Source of the DNA: an uncultured Nitrospinota bacterium
GTDB taxonomy: Bacteria; Tectomicrobia; Entotheonellia; J063; CAVPRW01
Direction: 5' to 3'
Length of the DNA stretch: 64,000 nt
NCBI GenBank assembly: GCA_963707985.1
Contig: CAVPRW010000034.1
Location: forward strand, 83,638-147,637
Shown here: in pieces, positions 1-10,647 of the stretch
Position numbering within the stretch: position 1 is the stretch's first letter
Layout: each line of letters opens with the position of its first letter
The notes under the pieces: model-generated
The model's database searches: none
Seen by the model: only the letters and a program-made list of their open reading frames with translations
Told to the model about the DNA's origin: nothing
Program-made: the position numbers and the translations under genes

Positions 1-1
1 T

Positions 2-460
2 AAAAGGTTGCCCGAGGGCCGCTTGAATCCTTGACAGCAGCTCTCGGGCGAGAAGGCTCAGGAGCTCTTCGATGGTGTAGTGCAGGCCGAAAACGTTGGT
101 CGCTCGGAAGGACGACACCGGTAAGAAGCGTTTGAGCGACTGGAACAAGCGGCCGGGCTCACTCACGTCGATGAGCGCATACGCATCCTGCACCATTGTC
201 CCGATCTCGGCGAATACCATCGTCACTTCGCCCACGCGCTGCATCTCATAGTGGACTGCTCGACCGGTGTTCTGCTCCAGGTAGCGCGACAGGGCGTTCT
301 GGCCGAACCAGACATCGCCCGACCGTTCGATATAGACGAGCGAACGCATCACACTTGGATCGGACGCCGCGCGGTCCAGCGGGAGCAGGTGGATCGAGCG
401 GCCGTCGTAGACCGCCGCACTCGAATTGGATGTGCCGAAATCAACGCCAACGCAGAGCAT
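2..460 (-). CDS. Hsp70-family (YegD-like) protein, N-terminal part, runs off the window edge
   Basis: Manual translation MLCVGVDFGTSNSSAAV...GRLFQSLKRFL carries the Hsp70 phosphate-1 motif (GxDFGTSNS). GGGGGAG RBS upstream. Not in the ORF track because it has no stop in the window. Confidence 0.85.
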   Translation of the reverse strand, partial: MLCVGVDFGTSNSSAAVYDGRSIHLLPLDRAASDPSVMRSLVYIERSGDVWFGQNALSRYLEQNTGRAVHYEMQRVGEVTMVFAEIGTMVQDAYALIDVSEPGRLFQSLKRFLPVSSFRATNVFGLHYTIEELLSLLARELLSRIQAALGQPF

Positions 461-532
461 GACTCCCCCAAAGGCACCAACCAGGGCCCGATGGAGGCAG
501 CGGCATAGCGGCATCGAGTCCCTACCGTGCAG

Positions 533-907
533 TTATTGGCCCAGCTTGCCAATCCGGAGGTCGAGAAGCTGGGCAATCACTTCGAGTAAGCGGTCTGGCA
601 CAAAGGGCTTGGACAGCAAGGGAACCCCAAGGCTCGTCGAGATATCGACCGTAGAGTCATCGGCAAAGGCTGAGAGCAGGATGATCTTCACGTGTGGATT
701 GCCGCGTTTCAAGCGCGCGGCCAACTCTGTGCCCAGCAACGAGGGCATGCGGACATCGGAGATGATCAAGTCGAAGGACTGACAGCAGCACAGGGTATAG
801 CCCTCGCCGCCATCCGTGGTCCAGACACCTTCAATCCCTTTATCCGCCAGAACCTCGGTCAAAAACTCGCAGAAGGTCTGGTCGTCATCGATGATCAAAG
901 CTCGCAT
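533..907 (-). CDS. Single-domain response regulator (REC)
   Basis: LIIDDD, DLIISDVRMP, SKPF motifs; GGAGG RBS before ATG 907. Confidence 0.9.
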   Translation of the reverse strand: MRALIIDDDQTFCEFLTEVLADKGIEGVWTTDGGEGYTLCCCQSFDLIISDVRMPSLLGTELAARLKRGNPHVKIILLSAFADDSTVDISTSLGVPLLSKPFVPDRLLEVIAQLLDLRIGKLGQ

Positions 908-942
908 ACACGCCTCCATGTTTTCCTGCATGCTATCCTTCT

Positions 943-958
943 AGCAAAAGGAATGCCT
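943..958 (-). promoter_or_regulatory. Putative sigma-54 promoter
   Basis: AGGCATTCCTTTTGCT, GG-N10-GC spacing, upstream of REC gene. Confidence 0.6.
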
Positions 959-1053
959 CGCGGAGAGGGCGCCCACCATCCAAGCGATGGGGCTCCTCAA
1001 GCACCTCATGCAGGACATCGATGCCGACCGGCTGTGGCGAAGTGGAGGACCAC

Positions 1054-1070
1054 TGGGGCATTTTGCCCCA
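1054..1070. promoter_or_regulatory. Palindromic putative enhancer (bEBP binding site)
   Basis: TGGGGCATTTTGCCCCA, perfect 7-bp arms, ~100 bp upstream of the sigma-54 site. Confidence 0.5.
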
Positions 1071-2486
1071 TTATGAGTGGCGCACCGGCACCACCTGGTA
1101 GCGTTCGAGCATGCGATACAACGAGCGACGGTCGACCTCCAGAATCTCGGCCGCACGCGAGATATTGCCCTGGGTGGAGTCCAGAACGTGCAGGATATAG
1201 CGCTTCTTGACTTCCTCCAGGGAAGGCAGGTCGTCGAAACCATTCCAGGCGTCCAATGACCCGCCCAGAGATGCCTTTGGCATCAGACGATCACGCACCT
1301 CAACCGGCAGATCGTCAGGCGATAGCATCACCTGGTTCGACAGCGCCACGGCGCGCTCGATGATGTTTTCCAACTCGCGGATGTTACCCGGCCAGGTATA
1401 GGTACGGAGCAGAGCCATGGCGTCCTCGGAGATGCCGACCACCGGTTTGCCATGCTCTTGACTGTAGCGTCGGAGAAAATGGTAGGCCAGCACTGGAATA
1501 TCTTCAGCACGCTCCCGCAACGCGGGGAGATGGATGGTCACCACGTTGATGCGGTAAAAGAGATCTTGCCGAAAGGTGCCCTGTTTCACACTCTCGACCA
1601 GATTCCTATTCGTCGCTGCCAGGATGCGCACGTCGATTTTGATCCACTTCTGACCGCCGACGCGCCTGATTTCATTCTCCTGCAGGACACGCAGTAGCTT
1701 GGCCTGCATATTAGGCGTGATATCGCCGATCTCGTCGAGAAAGCAGGTACCCGTGTCGGCCTCATCAAATACCCCGCGCTTCTCGCTGAAAGCACCAGTA
1801 AACGCGCCCCGCACGTGGCCGAACAGTTCGCTCTCGAGCAGCGACTCGGTCATGGCACCGCAGTCGACGGCAACAAAGGGACGGTGGCTACGGGGGCTGT
1901 GTTGGTGGAGGGCGCGTGCCATCAATTCCTTGCCTGTGCCGCTCTCGCCCAGAATCAACACAGTACTTTTCGTGGCCGCTGCCCGGGCGACAGTCTTATA
2001 CACGTCCACCATTGCCGGGCTGCGTCCGATGACAGCCCCCAGGGGGGCGATGTCTTCGCCGTCGCCGCCGGCCAGTCGACTCAACCCTGCCGCGTGGCGT
2101 TGTGCCAAGGCACGGGACACGGTACGTTTCAACTCCTCCAGGTTCATCGGTTTGGACGTATAGTCGAAAGCCCCCTCGCGAATCGCTTCGATGGCGATCT
2201 CCATCGAACCAAAGGCGGTCATGACCACGATGGGCAGGTCAGGATGGGTCGCGCGCACTTCGCGTGTGACCTCAAGGCCGCTCATCCCAGGGAGACGTAC
2301 ATCCACGAGCAATAAGGCGTACGTTTCCCGATGCAATTGCTGCAGGGCATCTTCACCACTCAGGGCACGGTCGACCGGGTAGCCTTCGCCCTCCAGAACC
2401 TCGGCAAAGAGCTCGCAGCTCACCGGATCATCATCCGTGACCAGAATACGCGCGCGTGTCCTTTCGCTTCGACGCACCTCGTTCAC
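1071..2486 (-). CDS. Sigma-54-dependent response regulator (NtrC/AtoC family; REC-AAA+-HTH_8)
   Basis: GESGTGKE Walker A, ESELFGH, GAFTGA, FLDEI, WPGNIREL, C-terminal Fis HTH. GTG start overlaps the kinase stop (GTGA). Confidence 0.95.
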   Translation of the reverse strand: MNEVRRSERTRARILVTDDDPVSCELFAEVLEGEGYPVDRALSGEDALQQLHRETYALLLVDVRLPGMSGLEVTREVRATHPDLPIVVMTAFGSMEIAIEAIREGAFDYTSKPMNLEELKRTVSRALAQRHAAGLSRLAGGDGEDIAPLGAVIGRSPAMVDVYKTVARAAATKSTVLILGESGTGKELMARALHQHSPRSHRPFVAVDCGAMTESLLESELFGHVRGAFTGAFSEKRGVFDEADTGTCFLDEIGDITPNMQAKLLRVLQENEIRRVGGQKWIKIDVRILAATNRNLVESVKQGTFRQDLFYRINVVTIHLPALRERAEDIPVLAYHFLRRYSQEHGKPVVGISEDAMALLRTYTWPGNIRELENIIERAVALSNQVMLSPDDLPVEVRDRLMPKASLGGSLDAWNGFDDLPSLEEVKKRYILHVLDSTQGNISRAAEILEVDRRSLYRMLERYQVVPVRHS

Positions 2487-4735
2487 GGCGGCGGCTCCTC
2501 TGTCGGGAGAAAGATGCGTACGCACGTACCCTCCCCTACATGGCTAGAAATATGAATGCTTCCTCCATGGGCCCTAATGATCTCCTGGCAGATGGCCAGT
2601 CCCAACCCGGTGCCGCGCGCCTCACTCTTGGTGGTCACAAAGAGATTAAACACCTTGGGCAACAGTTCGGCCGGTATGCCGGCACCGGTGTCGATGACCT
2701 CTACGACAATGCCACGCTGCAAGTTCTCGGATGGCTCAGCCAGCTCTGTGGTCACGGTGATGGTACCACCAGTTTCCATGGCATCGATGGCATTGTTCAG
2801 AAGATTGATCAATACTCGTTGTAAGGCGGCGGCGTCAGCGCTGAGCACGGGCAACGACTCCGCTAGCTCAGTCATCACATGCACGTGGCTCTGCTGAAAG
2901 CGGATCTCCAGTTGAACCAGCGTTTCCAGGACCAGCTCATTGAGATTGATGGGCCGATGCGTGTGGGGAGCCCCACGGGTGCGCGACAGATAGTGTTTGA
3001 TGATCTCCGCCATGCGTTGCACCTGCGACTCGATGATCTTCAGACGTCTCCGAGCCTCCTCGGAGATGTCGGCGTTGGCCAGCAGTTGGGTGTAGCCCAG
3101 CACAGAATTGAGGGGTGTGCCCAGTTCATGGGCAATGGCGCCCGTAATACGCCCCAGCGCCGCTAGACGTTCGCGTTCAATCAACTGCTCCTGCAGCTTG
3201 ACCCGCTCGGTGATATCGCGGAAGAATCCATGTAGCGCCACCAGGTTACCGTCCACATGTCGCCCAATCAGGGTGCCTTCGACCAGGATCGACCTGCCAT
3301 CCTGAGCCACCAGCGTAGCCTGGAGATACTGCCCGGTTTCTTCCGCCAACACCCGGGCGCGAACACCGCTCCAGTGGGAAAGTGACCGAGGGTGAATGAT
3401 GTCAGCAATCCTCAAGCTCGACAGTTGTGCCTGTGTATACCCCAAGGTTTTCAACCAGGCTTGGTTCACGAACAGAAAGCGGCCATCGGGGGCGACACTC
3501 TGAATCAGGTCGTGCGTGCTTTCAAGCAGATGATGATACTGCTGCTGGCTCTGCTGTAAGGCCTCTTCCGCCATCTTGCGCTCGGTGATGTTGCGATAGA
3601 TGGCGTACGCGGCGATCTGACTGCTGCCGATACGAACCGGTGCCCCGACAATGGAGACATGGAGTCGACTGCCGTCCTTATGCCGCCGGACGGTCTCCGT
3701 GTGGACGCCCTGCCCGTGCGTTAGCTTATCGGTCAACTCCCATCCTTCGTCGAGCCGATCATCCGGCACGATAAGCTCGTTGATCGGACGGTTCATGGCG
3801 TCTGCCGGCGTATACCCAAACATCCGTGTGAACTCGCCATTAACGCGCAGCACACGATCTTCGGTATCAAGCAGGACGATGCCTTCAGGGGCGTTTTCGA
3901 AGAGCTGATCGAGGTAGGCTTGCTGGATTTTCAGCTCTTCCTCGGCATGTTTATGCTCGGTGATGTCTTGCGTGGCGCCAATGAAGCGCACCACACGTTG
4001 CTGCGAGGCGTCAAACTCTGGTCGGCCAACAGCCCGCACCCATCGTACCTCGCCGTTCTTAGTGACGATGCGAAATTCGCTCGCATCCGGCTGGCCGGAA
4101 CGGATATTCCGGATGCGTTGCTGCCAGATGGGTAGGTCCTGCGGATAGATTAGCCGCCCTCGGGCGCTGGGGTCATCTAGCGTGGGCAGATCATGCTCGT
4201 TATAGCCCGTGACGCGACAGTATGCTTCCGGCGTGACCCATTCGCGGATGATGGTACCATCGGGCTCGAGACGGTGGGCGTAGGAATAGCCAGAGACCAA
4301 TTCGGCGAGTGCGCGGTGACGTTCTTCAGAAAGGCTCAACTGCTGCCCCTGTTGCCTGGCCGCTGCCAGATCACGCCTCAGGTATCTGGTTTGCAACAAG
4401 TTCTGCACACGCATCTGCAGGACGACCTGATCCGTGGGCCAGACGAGGCGTTCATCGATCGTCTGGCCTAGGTGTGCTGCGATCAAATCGCGCCCGTCAG
4501 ATGTCGTCACCAGAAGAAAGGGCAAGAACTGCGGCGACTCGATCTTGCGGCGCTCTTGAATCGCCTTGTGGAGGCGTTTCAGTGTCGCCCCATCCAGAAC
4601 GGCCAGATCAAACGTCTCTCGGAGGGCGCGCTTGCCCCTCGCGGTCATGACCTTATAGCGCTGTCCCAGGCAATCCTCCAAATCCTGTTGTAGCTCGCGT
4701 GACTCGATGAGGAACACGATCGTATCCATGCTCAT
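2483..4735 (-). CDS. PAS-domain sensor histidine kinase (degenerate REC, 3 PAS, HisKA, HATPase)
   Basis: QDITE/RNITE/RDITE PAS-PAC ends, AHELGTPL H-box, NLLNNA N-box, DTGAG, GTGLGL. Confidence 0.95.
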   Translation of the reverse strand: MSMDTIVFLIESRELQQDLEDCLGQRYKVMTARGKRALRETFDLAVLDGATLKRLHKAIQERRKIESPQFLPFLLVTTSDGRDLIAAHLGQTIDERLVWPTDQVVLQMRVQNLLQTRYLRRDLAAARQQGQQLSLSEERHRALAELVSGYSYAHRLEPDGTIIREWVTPEAYCRVTGYNEHDLPTLDDPSARGRLIYPQDLPIWQQRIRNIRSGQPDASEFRIVTKNGEVRWVRAVGRPEFDASQQRVVRFIGATQDITEHKHAEEELKIQQAYLDQLFENAPEGIVLLDTEDRVLRVNGEFTRMFGYTPADAMNRPINELIVPDDRLDEGWELTDKLTHGQGVHTETVRRHKDGSRLHVSIVGAPVRIGSSQIAAYAIYRNITERKMAEEALQQSQQQYHHLLESTHDLIQSVAPDGRFLFVNQAWLKTLGYTQAQLSSLRIADIIHPRSLSHWSGVRARVLAEETGQYLQATLVAQDGRSILVEGTLIGRHVDGNLVALHGFFRDITERVKLQEQLIERERLAALGRITGAIAHELGTPLNSVLGYTQLLANADISEEARRRLKIIESQVQRMAEIIKHYLSRTRGAPHTHRPINLNELVLETLVQLEIRFQQSHVHVMTELAESLPVLSADAAALQRVLINLLNNAIDAMETGGTITVTTELAEPSENLQRGIVVEVIDTGAGIPAELLPKVFNLFVTTKSEARGTGLGLAICQEIIRAHGGSIHISSHVGEGTCVRIFLPTEEPPP

Positions 4736-5041
4736 CCCTTTTCATACGCACGTGCCAGCGTCCATCGGTCGAAACTACAACACTCCAAGTGCCAGAGCGC
4801 CAAGGCGTGTGCAAGGGGACGGTGCCGCTGCAGAATCGTTCGGGTCTGATCACCATTCTAGAGAAAGCCGTGACGAAATGGAAGGACAAGAAACCGCATG
4901 TCTCATGGATGGTCTCAGTTTGGGGCTCTCGACACTGCCGCTAGTAGCGGGTTTCACAGTGTATACGGTGGCCGCGGCCTGCGACGGGCCATGAGATTTG
5001 GGCTCAAAGCGGCTCGGACTCGCGGGCTGTCCCCCTATGCT

Positions 5042-6370
5042 TCATACGTCAGCCTCCAGTTCTGAGATAGTCTCGCGTGGGGGGGTGACGAGGATTTTGT
5101 CGATTCGATTGCCGTCCATATCCACCACCTCGATCTTCAGTCCCTCCCAGACAAAATAGTCGGCAGCAGCGGGAATACGGCCCAATTGCATGATCACGAA
5201 ACCGGCCAGAGTCTGATAGATGCCTTGGTCCTCCCCTGGCAATTCGCCAAGGTCGAAGAGATCCTTGAACTCGTCCACGGGCAACATGCCATCCAATAGC
5301 CATGAACCATCGTCACGTTGCACTGCGAGCGGGTCTACCGGATCCCCGGCTTCGGGGAGGTCCCCGACGATTGCTTCTAAGATGTCACTCGGGGTGACCA
5401 GACCCTGAATCCCGCCGTATTCGTCGATCACCAAGGCGATGTGTGTTCCCGATTGTTTGAAGAGTTCCAAGACCTTTAAGGCACGCATGCTCTCAGGCAC
5501 GTACAAGGGTTGTTGTAATGTCGCTTCCAAGTCGACGACTTGTTCGCCCAAGAGATGCGCCAGCAGATCCTTGGCGTGCACGACGCCGAGGACATTATCC
5601 AAGCTCCCTTCAGCGACCAAAAAGCGTGAGTGCGCGCTTTCGGTGATGGTGCGGCGAATCTCCTGGGCCAACGCCTCGCGGTCGAGCCAGACGATCTCAG
5701 TCCGTGGGGTCATCACCGCGCTGACGCGCCGATCACCCAACCGGAAGACGCGCTCTACCATCTCCTGCTCAGCCTCTTCAAACATGCCTGCCTGAGTCCC
5801 CTGTTCGATCAGAGCGCGAATTTCCTCCTCCGTCACTGGAGGCTCCGTGGAGGGCTTTATTCCCAAGGCCCGCAGGAGGAACTCGGTGGAGAGGCCTAAC
5901 AGGTGCACGACAGGGTATGCAACCCGCGACAGCACCTGCATGGGGGCGGCAATCACCATCGCCAGGCGCTCGGGATTGTTCAACGCCAGCCGTTTCGGCA
6001 CCAGTTCGCCCACGATCAACGAGAGATAAGTGATCACGAGTACCACCAGGACCAAGCTAAGCGGGTGGCCATATGGCTCCAGCCACGTGATGTCACTCAG
6101 AAGAATGGCGAGTTCCCCGGCAATGGTTGCCCCACCGAAGGCGCCGGCCAGAATGCCGACGAGTGTGATACCGATTTGAATCGTTGCCAGAAACTGATTG
6201 GGATTATTCGCCAGTTCCAGAGCGGCACGGGCTTTGGCATTGCCCTCTTCGGCCCACTGTTGCAGGCGGGTCTTGCGGGCTGAGACCACGGCGATCTCCG
6301 ACATGGCAAAGATGCCATTGATGAGAATTAGCAGCACCACGACTAATCCTTCGAGCATTACGGAGGGCAT
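5042..6370 (-). CDS. Hemolysin-family CNNM protein (DUF21-CBS-CorC/HlyC)
   Basis: NGIFAMSEIA, GELVPK, MTPR, IDEYGG, TLAGF, DGNRIDK. Confidence 0.93.
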   Translation of the reverse strand: MPSVMLEGLVVVLLILINGIFAMSEIAVVSARKTRLQQWAEEGNAKARAALELANNPNQFLATIQIGITLVGILAGAFGGATIAGELAILLSDITWLEPYGHPLSLVLVVLVITYLSLIVGELVPKRLALNNPERLAMVIAAPMQVLSRVAYPVVHLLGLSTEFLLRALGIKPSTEPPVTEEEIRALIEQGTQAGMFEEAEQEMVERVFRLGDRRVSAVMTPRTEIVWLDREALAQEIRRTITESAHSRFLVAEGSLDNVLGVVHAKDLLAHLLGEQVVDLEATLQQPLYVPESMRALKVLELFKQSGTHIALVIDEYGGIQGLVTPSDILEAIVGDLPEAGDPVDPLAVQRDDGSWLLDGMLPVDEFKDLFDLGELPGEDQGIYQTLAGFVIMQLGRIPAAADYFVWEGLKIEVVDMDGNRIDKILVTPPRETISELEADV

Positions 6371-6929
6371 CGCGACGCGCTCCTTACGTTTTCAAGCCAT
6401 TTGCACCAGAGGTCCGGTTCTTCTCAATCCGGAAGTGCCAACCGCAGCGTAGAGGGCACACGACCATGCTCCAAGGACGGACATGAGATAGCGCCAGCTC
6501 ACACCATTTCACGCGAGGAACCAGAAATGTGACCCTGTGCAAGAAGATGGTCGGGAAGCCACGCAATTTGCTTTATTGGACCATCAATCGCTGGTGAGCG
6601 CAAGTGTCTTGCGGTTCGCTCCCGTCAGCTGGCCAAAATCCTACACAAGGTTTCCTGGATTGATGACGTGGGATGATATCCTCATGAGGCATGTGCGGGA
6701 CGACGTCGTATGAAAGGACCAACAAGGCGGGGTGTGGAGGGAGAGGGTGCGACATGGGACCAAATGCGCACGGCCTGGTCTGGATTCACGTCGGATGTAG
6801 GGGTCTGGGAGGTCCGAGCGCTCCGGCGAGAGACCCCTGAGCCTTCGCCAAAGCTCCCGTGGGGTCTCATCGCACCGAAATGACGCCAATACCAGCGCCG
6901 GCAGGACGGCTCGGCCGGCAACTACCGAC

Positions 6930-8579
6930 CTAGCTGATTGTCGCCTGACTCTGGCCTGTGAGGACCTGCAAGAGCTTGGCGCCATCGGGGGTTCCCAAAC
7001 CTGTACAGGGATCCCAACCCTGACGCGCCTGATACGCGCCATTATTCCCACTGGTGATATCGTGCAGAGCTCCGCTAGTAGCGATCTGTCCACTATAGAG
7101 CAATGGGTTGAGATACCCGACCGGACGCCCTAGTTGCTGATTGATGAGCGCAATCAGTCCCGCCCACAGAGGAGCCACGGCACTGGTGCCGCCGAAGACC
7201 ACCTCACGATGATCGACACGAATCAGATAGCCGGTCATCGGGTCGGCATCGCCAGCCACATCGGGCACACCACGTCCCTGCTTAGCCCCAGGGTTGGCCG
7301 ATGGCGGGACATTGGCCAGCTTCTGAAACCCAGGCAAGGTGAAGAAGTCGCTGACACCGCCACCGGTGGCGCCAGCCATCGTCCCGTCGTTCCACACCAC
7401 TTCCTGACTGATCGCCGTGTTCGATGCCTCCAGGTGCGTTCCCCCACATCCCAGGACATAAGGGCTGGATGCGGGAAAATCGACGTGTGCATACCCGTCG
7501 CTCATCCCATCGGAGGAGCCATCATCGCCCGCAGCGCAGCAGATGGTGACGCCGAGAGCCGCAGCTTCCTGGAACGCCTGGTCATAAACCTGCAGAGCTT
7601 GCGCGGTCCAACTCGACTCCGGGCCACCCCAGCTGATCGAGATGACTGAAGGTCGATTCTGGTGATCATGAACAGCAGCCTTGATCGCATCCAGGAAACC
7701 GCGGTCGGTATTCGGCGCAAAATACACCACAAATTCTGCGGCAGGGGCCAGCGCACCGGCGACTTCGATGTCAAGCATCACCTCACCGTCGGGGCCGCTG
7801 GGGTCACCAGTCGGATGGTTGTGGGCACCGTCGACTGCAACGGTCTTAATGCGCGGCATGGCGACCCCCAGTTGGGAGAAGTAGGCCGTGAGATCCTGGA
7901 GGCGATAACCACCTCCCAATTCGATAATGGCAACGCACTGCCCATGTCCATCCACCCCAGATGGAAAGTTATAGAGCCGGGCTAATTGAGTCGGCGTGAA
8001 CGAGTGGTTATTAAGCTGTCGCGAGCTGTTGCTCCTCGTGGATGTCCCCACAGTCGTTGCTTCCTTGAAGAGCCGAAAGTGGGGTTTGGCCTGTGGACGG
8101 TCATCCAGGCCAAACACCCCCTGCACGATCTCGGCCAGCTCGCCCGGCACATGCACCGCTCCGACGCGGCCCCGATAGGTTCCCCCCCAATACTCATAGG
8201 TGGCAAGCGACACGCCGAACGCCTCGGAGAAAGCCCCCACCGTCCCGGTTAGGAGCACGCTGCGTTTGGCAGGGTTGACCTCAGTGACCGTAAGGCCATG
8301 GGCTTTTGCAAACGCTTCTATGGCTGCCAGGTCCTTGGGGTCGGCCCCATAGGCGGCAGTAAACTCCTCATGGGTCATATGCCGGCGTTCAGCAGGCATG
8401 ATGGCTCCCAATCTCTCGGCACTGAGGGCCCCCTTCATAGCAGTAACGCCGGTACGAGGGCGAACATACAGGGTGACCTCCATACGTTCCTTGAGATGCG
8501 GCGTGCCCACCGCCCGCGCCCCTGCGAGGACCTGACGTTCGCTCCCAGGAACTGGGACATGGCTTGTATGCGATAGCAT
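6930..8579 (-). CDS. S53 family peptidase (kumamolisin-like) with prodomain
   Basis: EVMLDIE (E/D catalytic), AAGDDG oxyanion Asp, GGTSAVAP catalytic Ser, GWDPCTGLG. Confidence 0.95.
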   Translation of the reverse strand: MLSHTSHVPVPGSERQVLAGARAVGTPHLKERMEVTLYVRPRTGVTAMKGALSAERLGAIMPAERRHMTHEEFTAAYGADPKDLAAIEAFAKAHGLTVTEVNPAKRSVLLTGTVGAFSEAFGVSLATYEYWGGTYRGRVGAVHVPGELAEIVQGVFGLDDRPQAKPHFRLFKEATTVGTSTRSNSSRQLNNHSFTPTQLARLYNFPSGVDGHGQCVAIIELGGGYRLQDLTAYFSQLGVAMPRIKTVAVDGAHNHPTGDPSGPDGEVMLDIEVAGALAPAAEFVVYFAPNTDRGFLDAIKAAVHDHQNRPSVISISWGGPESSWTAQALQVYDQAFQEAAALGVTICCAAGDDGSSDGMSDGYAHVDFPASSPYVLGCGGTHLEASNTAISQEVVWNDGTMAGATGGGVSDFFTLPGFQKLANVPPSANPGAKQGRGVPDVAGDADPMTGYLIRVDHREVVFGGTSAVAPLWAGLIALINQQLGRPVGYLNPLLYSGQIATSGALHDITSGNNGAYQARQGWDPCTGLGTPDGAKLLQVLTGQSQATIS

Positions 8580-8628
8580 TGATGGCTCCTTTGCTATGGT
8601 TTACCCGACGGCTTGTCTTCGTCGGGGT

Positions 8629-9003
8629 TCATTTTGCCAATGCGCGCCTGAGCGTCTGAGAGACCTGCTCCACCCCGAAGGGCTTGGAGAGGACTGTGAA
8701 AGCCCCTAACAGCTCGGCCTTCACCTTAAAGTCAGGATCCTGAGTCCCCGTCATCACGATGACCTTGATCCATGGAGACTCGATCATAATTTTGGATAGC
8801 AGCTCGATGCCGTTCATGGCCGGCATCTGCATATCCGTGAGCACCAGATCGTAGGCGAAGGGCGTGTGCTGCACCAGCTCCCAGGCGCGCTTCCCGTCGG
8901 CTGCGGTACTGACGCGAAATCCCTGAAATGCGAGGGACTCCGCCAGCACCATGCGTATCGACTCGTTGTCGTCAACCACCAAGATCCTGTCCCTTGCCAG
9001 CAT
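8629..9003 (-). CDS. Single-domain response regulator (REC)
   Basis: ILVVDDN, DLVLTDMQMP, SKPF; GAGGAG RBS. Confidence 0.9.
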   Translation of the reverse strand: MLARDRILVVDDNESIRMVLAESLAFQGFRVSTAADGKRAWELVQHTPFAYDLVLTDMQMPAMNGIELLSKIMIESPWIKVIVMTGTQDPDFKVKAELLGAFTVLSKPFGVEQVSQTLRRALAK

Positions 9004-9273
9004 GCCTACTCTCCTCACCAAACTGTCGTGCTCGTCCACCAGGAAGAGCAACGTATGTGCCATCATCCTGAAACGACACAGGCCGTTTGGCGAGAGCCCC
9101 AAACGGCCTGTGGTACAAGGAATCCGCGCACCTCTACCATGTGGACCTGGCGAGCGATGCGCATAAGAATAGCCCCACTGCCCCAGCCAACCCCCGATGC
9201 TGAAGAGATCATTCAGGGAAATCGAGACGTTATCGGCGTGTGGCCATTACCGTTGCGGTGTGGTCGACCCGCC

Positions 9274-10644
9274 TCACTCTTCCACGCTGCCAAGATCGAT
9301 TCGATAGCGCTCGGCGAGGCGATACAGCGTCCGTCGATTGATCCCGAGGAGTTGGGCGGTGAGCTTCTTGTTGCCCTTGGCTTGCTGCAGGACATAACAG
9401 ATGTGGCGTCTAACCCCCTCGCGCAGGCTCGCAGAGGCTTCGTTAGTGTCCTGCCTTGCAGCGGTAGCCTGCCGAAATTCCGGCGGCAAGTCCTCGGGGA
9501 GGAGGACAGGATTAGTCGTGAGGGCGACGGCTTGCTCGATGACATGCTCTAATTCACGCACGTTGCCTGGCCAGGGATACTTGCCAAGCAGGATTAGAGA
9601 TTGAGGGGAGATATGAGAGATATTTTTTTGATTACGAAAGGCGCATTTCGTGAGGAAAGACTCCGCCAGGAGAGCGATGTCCTCCTGCCGATCCCGCAGG
9701 GGCGGGAGGGTGATGGACACGACACTCAAACGATAGAAGAGGTCCTCTCGGAACTTACCGTCCGTTATCAGCATCTTCAGATTCTTGTTCGTGGCGGCGA
9801 TGACCCGGACATCTAGCTTGATCTCCTCCCGCCCCCCGACCCGTCTGATCTGGCGTTCCTGGATGAAGCGCAGGAGTCTGGCCTGCAGCGCTGGTCCGAT
9901 ATCCCCTATTTCATCCAGGAAACAGGTGCCCCCATGCGCCTCCTCAAGTAGCCCTTTCTTGTTGGCAATGGCCCCTGTAAAGGCCCCCTTCATATGGCCG
10001 AACAGCTCACTCTCCAACAGCGTCTCCGCCAATGCCCCACAATCCACGACGATAAAGGGCTGTTCGGCCCTTGGGCTATTGTAGTGAATAGCGCGAGCGA
10101 TCAATTCCTTGCCAGTGCCGCTCTCACCCTGGATCAACACTGTGCTCATGCTGGACGCCACACGGGCAACGATCTTGTAGACCTCCAACATAGCCGCACT
10201 GCGCCCGACGATGTTGTGCATCTGGTGTTGCGCCTGCAGCGCCTGCCGCAGTTGGAGATTTTCCCTCAGCAGACGTTTATGATCTAACGCCCGTCGCACC
10301 GTGAGCTTGACGTCATTGAGCTTTAAGGGTTTACTGATATAGTCGTAGGCGCCTTCTTGAATCGTCTCGATGGCGGTTTCAATCGACCCAAAGGCGGTCA
10401 TCATGATGACGACGGTCTCCGGGCTCAGATGCTTCAACTCACGGAGGACCTCGACGCCATTCAGATCCGGTATTCTCACGTCTAAGAGGACGACGTCGAA
10501 CAAGATCGTCACGGCTTTGTCGATGGCTTCTCGGCCGCTCCCGGCAGTTTCAACCTGATAACCCTCCTGCACCAGCACTTCTCGGAGGAGGCGATAGGTT
10601 GTCGGATCATCATCCACGACCAACACCGTCGTCTGAGTTGTCAC
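9274..10644 (-). CDS. Sigma-54-dependent response regulator (NtrC/AtoC family)
   Basis: REC, GESGTGKE, GAFTGA, FLDEI, WPGNVREL, HTH. Confidence 0.95.
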   Translation of the reverse strand: MTTQTTVLVVDDDPTTYRLLREVLVQEGYQVETAGSGREAIDKAVTILFDVVLLDVRIPDLNGVEVLRELKHLSPETVVIMMTAFGSIETAIETIQEGAYDYISKPLKLNDVKLTVRRALDHKRLLRENLQLRQALQAQHQMHNIVGRSAAMLEVYKIVARVASSMSTVLIQGESGTGKELIARAIHYNSPRAEQPFIVVDCGALAETLLESELFGHMKGAFTGAIANKKGLLEEAHGGTCFLDEIGDIGPALQARLLRFIQERQIRRVGGREEIKLDVRVIAATNKNLKMLITDGKFREDLFYRLSVVSITLPPLRDRQEDIALLAESFLTKCAFRNQKNISHISPQSLILLGKYPWPGNVRELEHVIEQAVALTTNPVLLPEDLPPEFRQATAARQDTNEASASLREGVRRHICYVLQQAKGNKKLTAQLLGINRRTLYRLAERYRIDLGSVEE

Positions 10645-10647
10645 GAT

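Noticed and set aside
4810..4827. Sigma-54-like site upstream of the PAS kinase
   Set aside because: GG-GC spacing is 12, not 10
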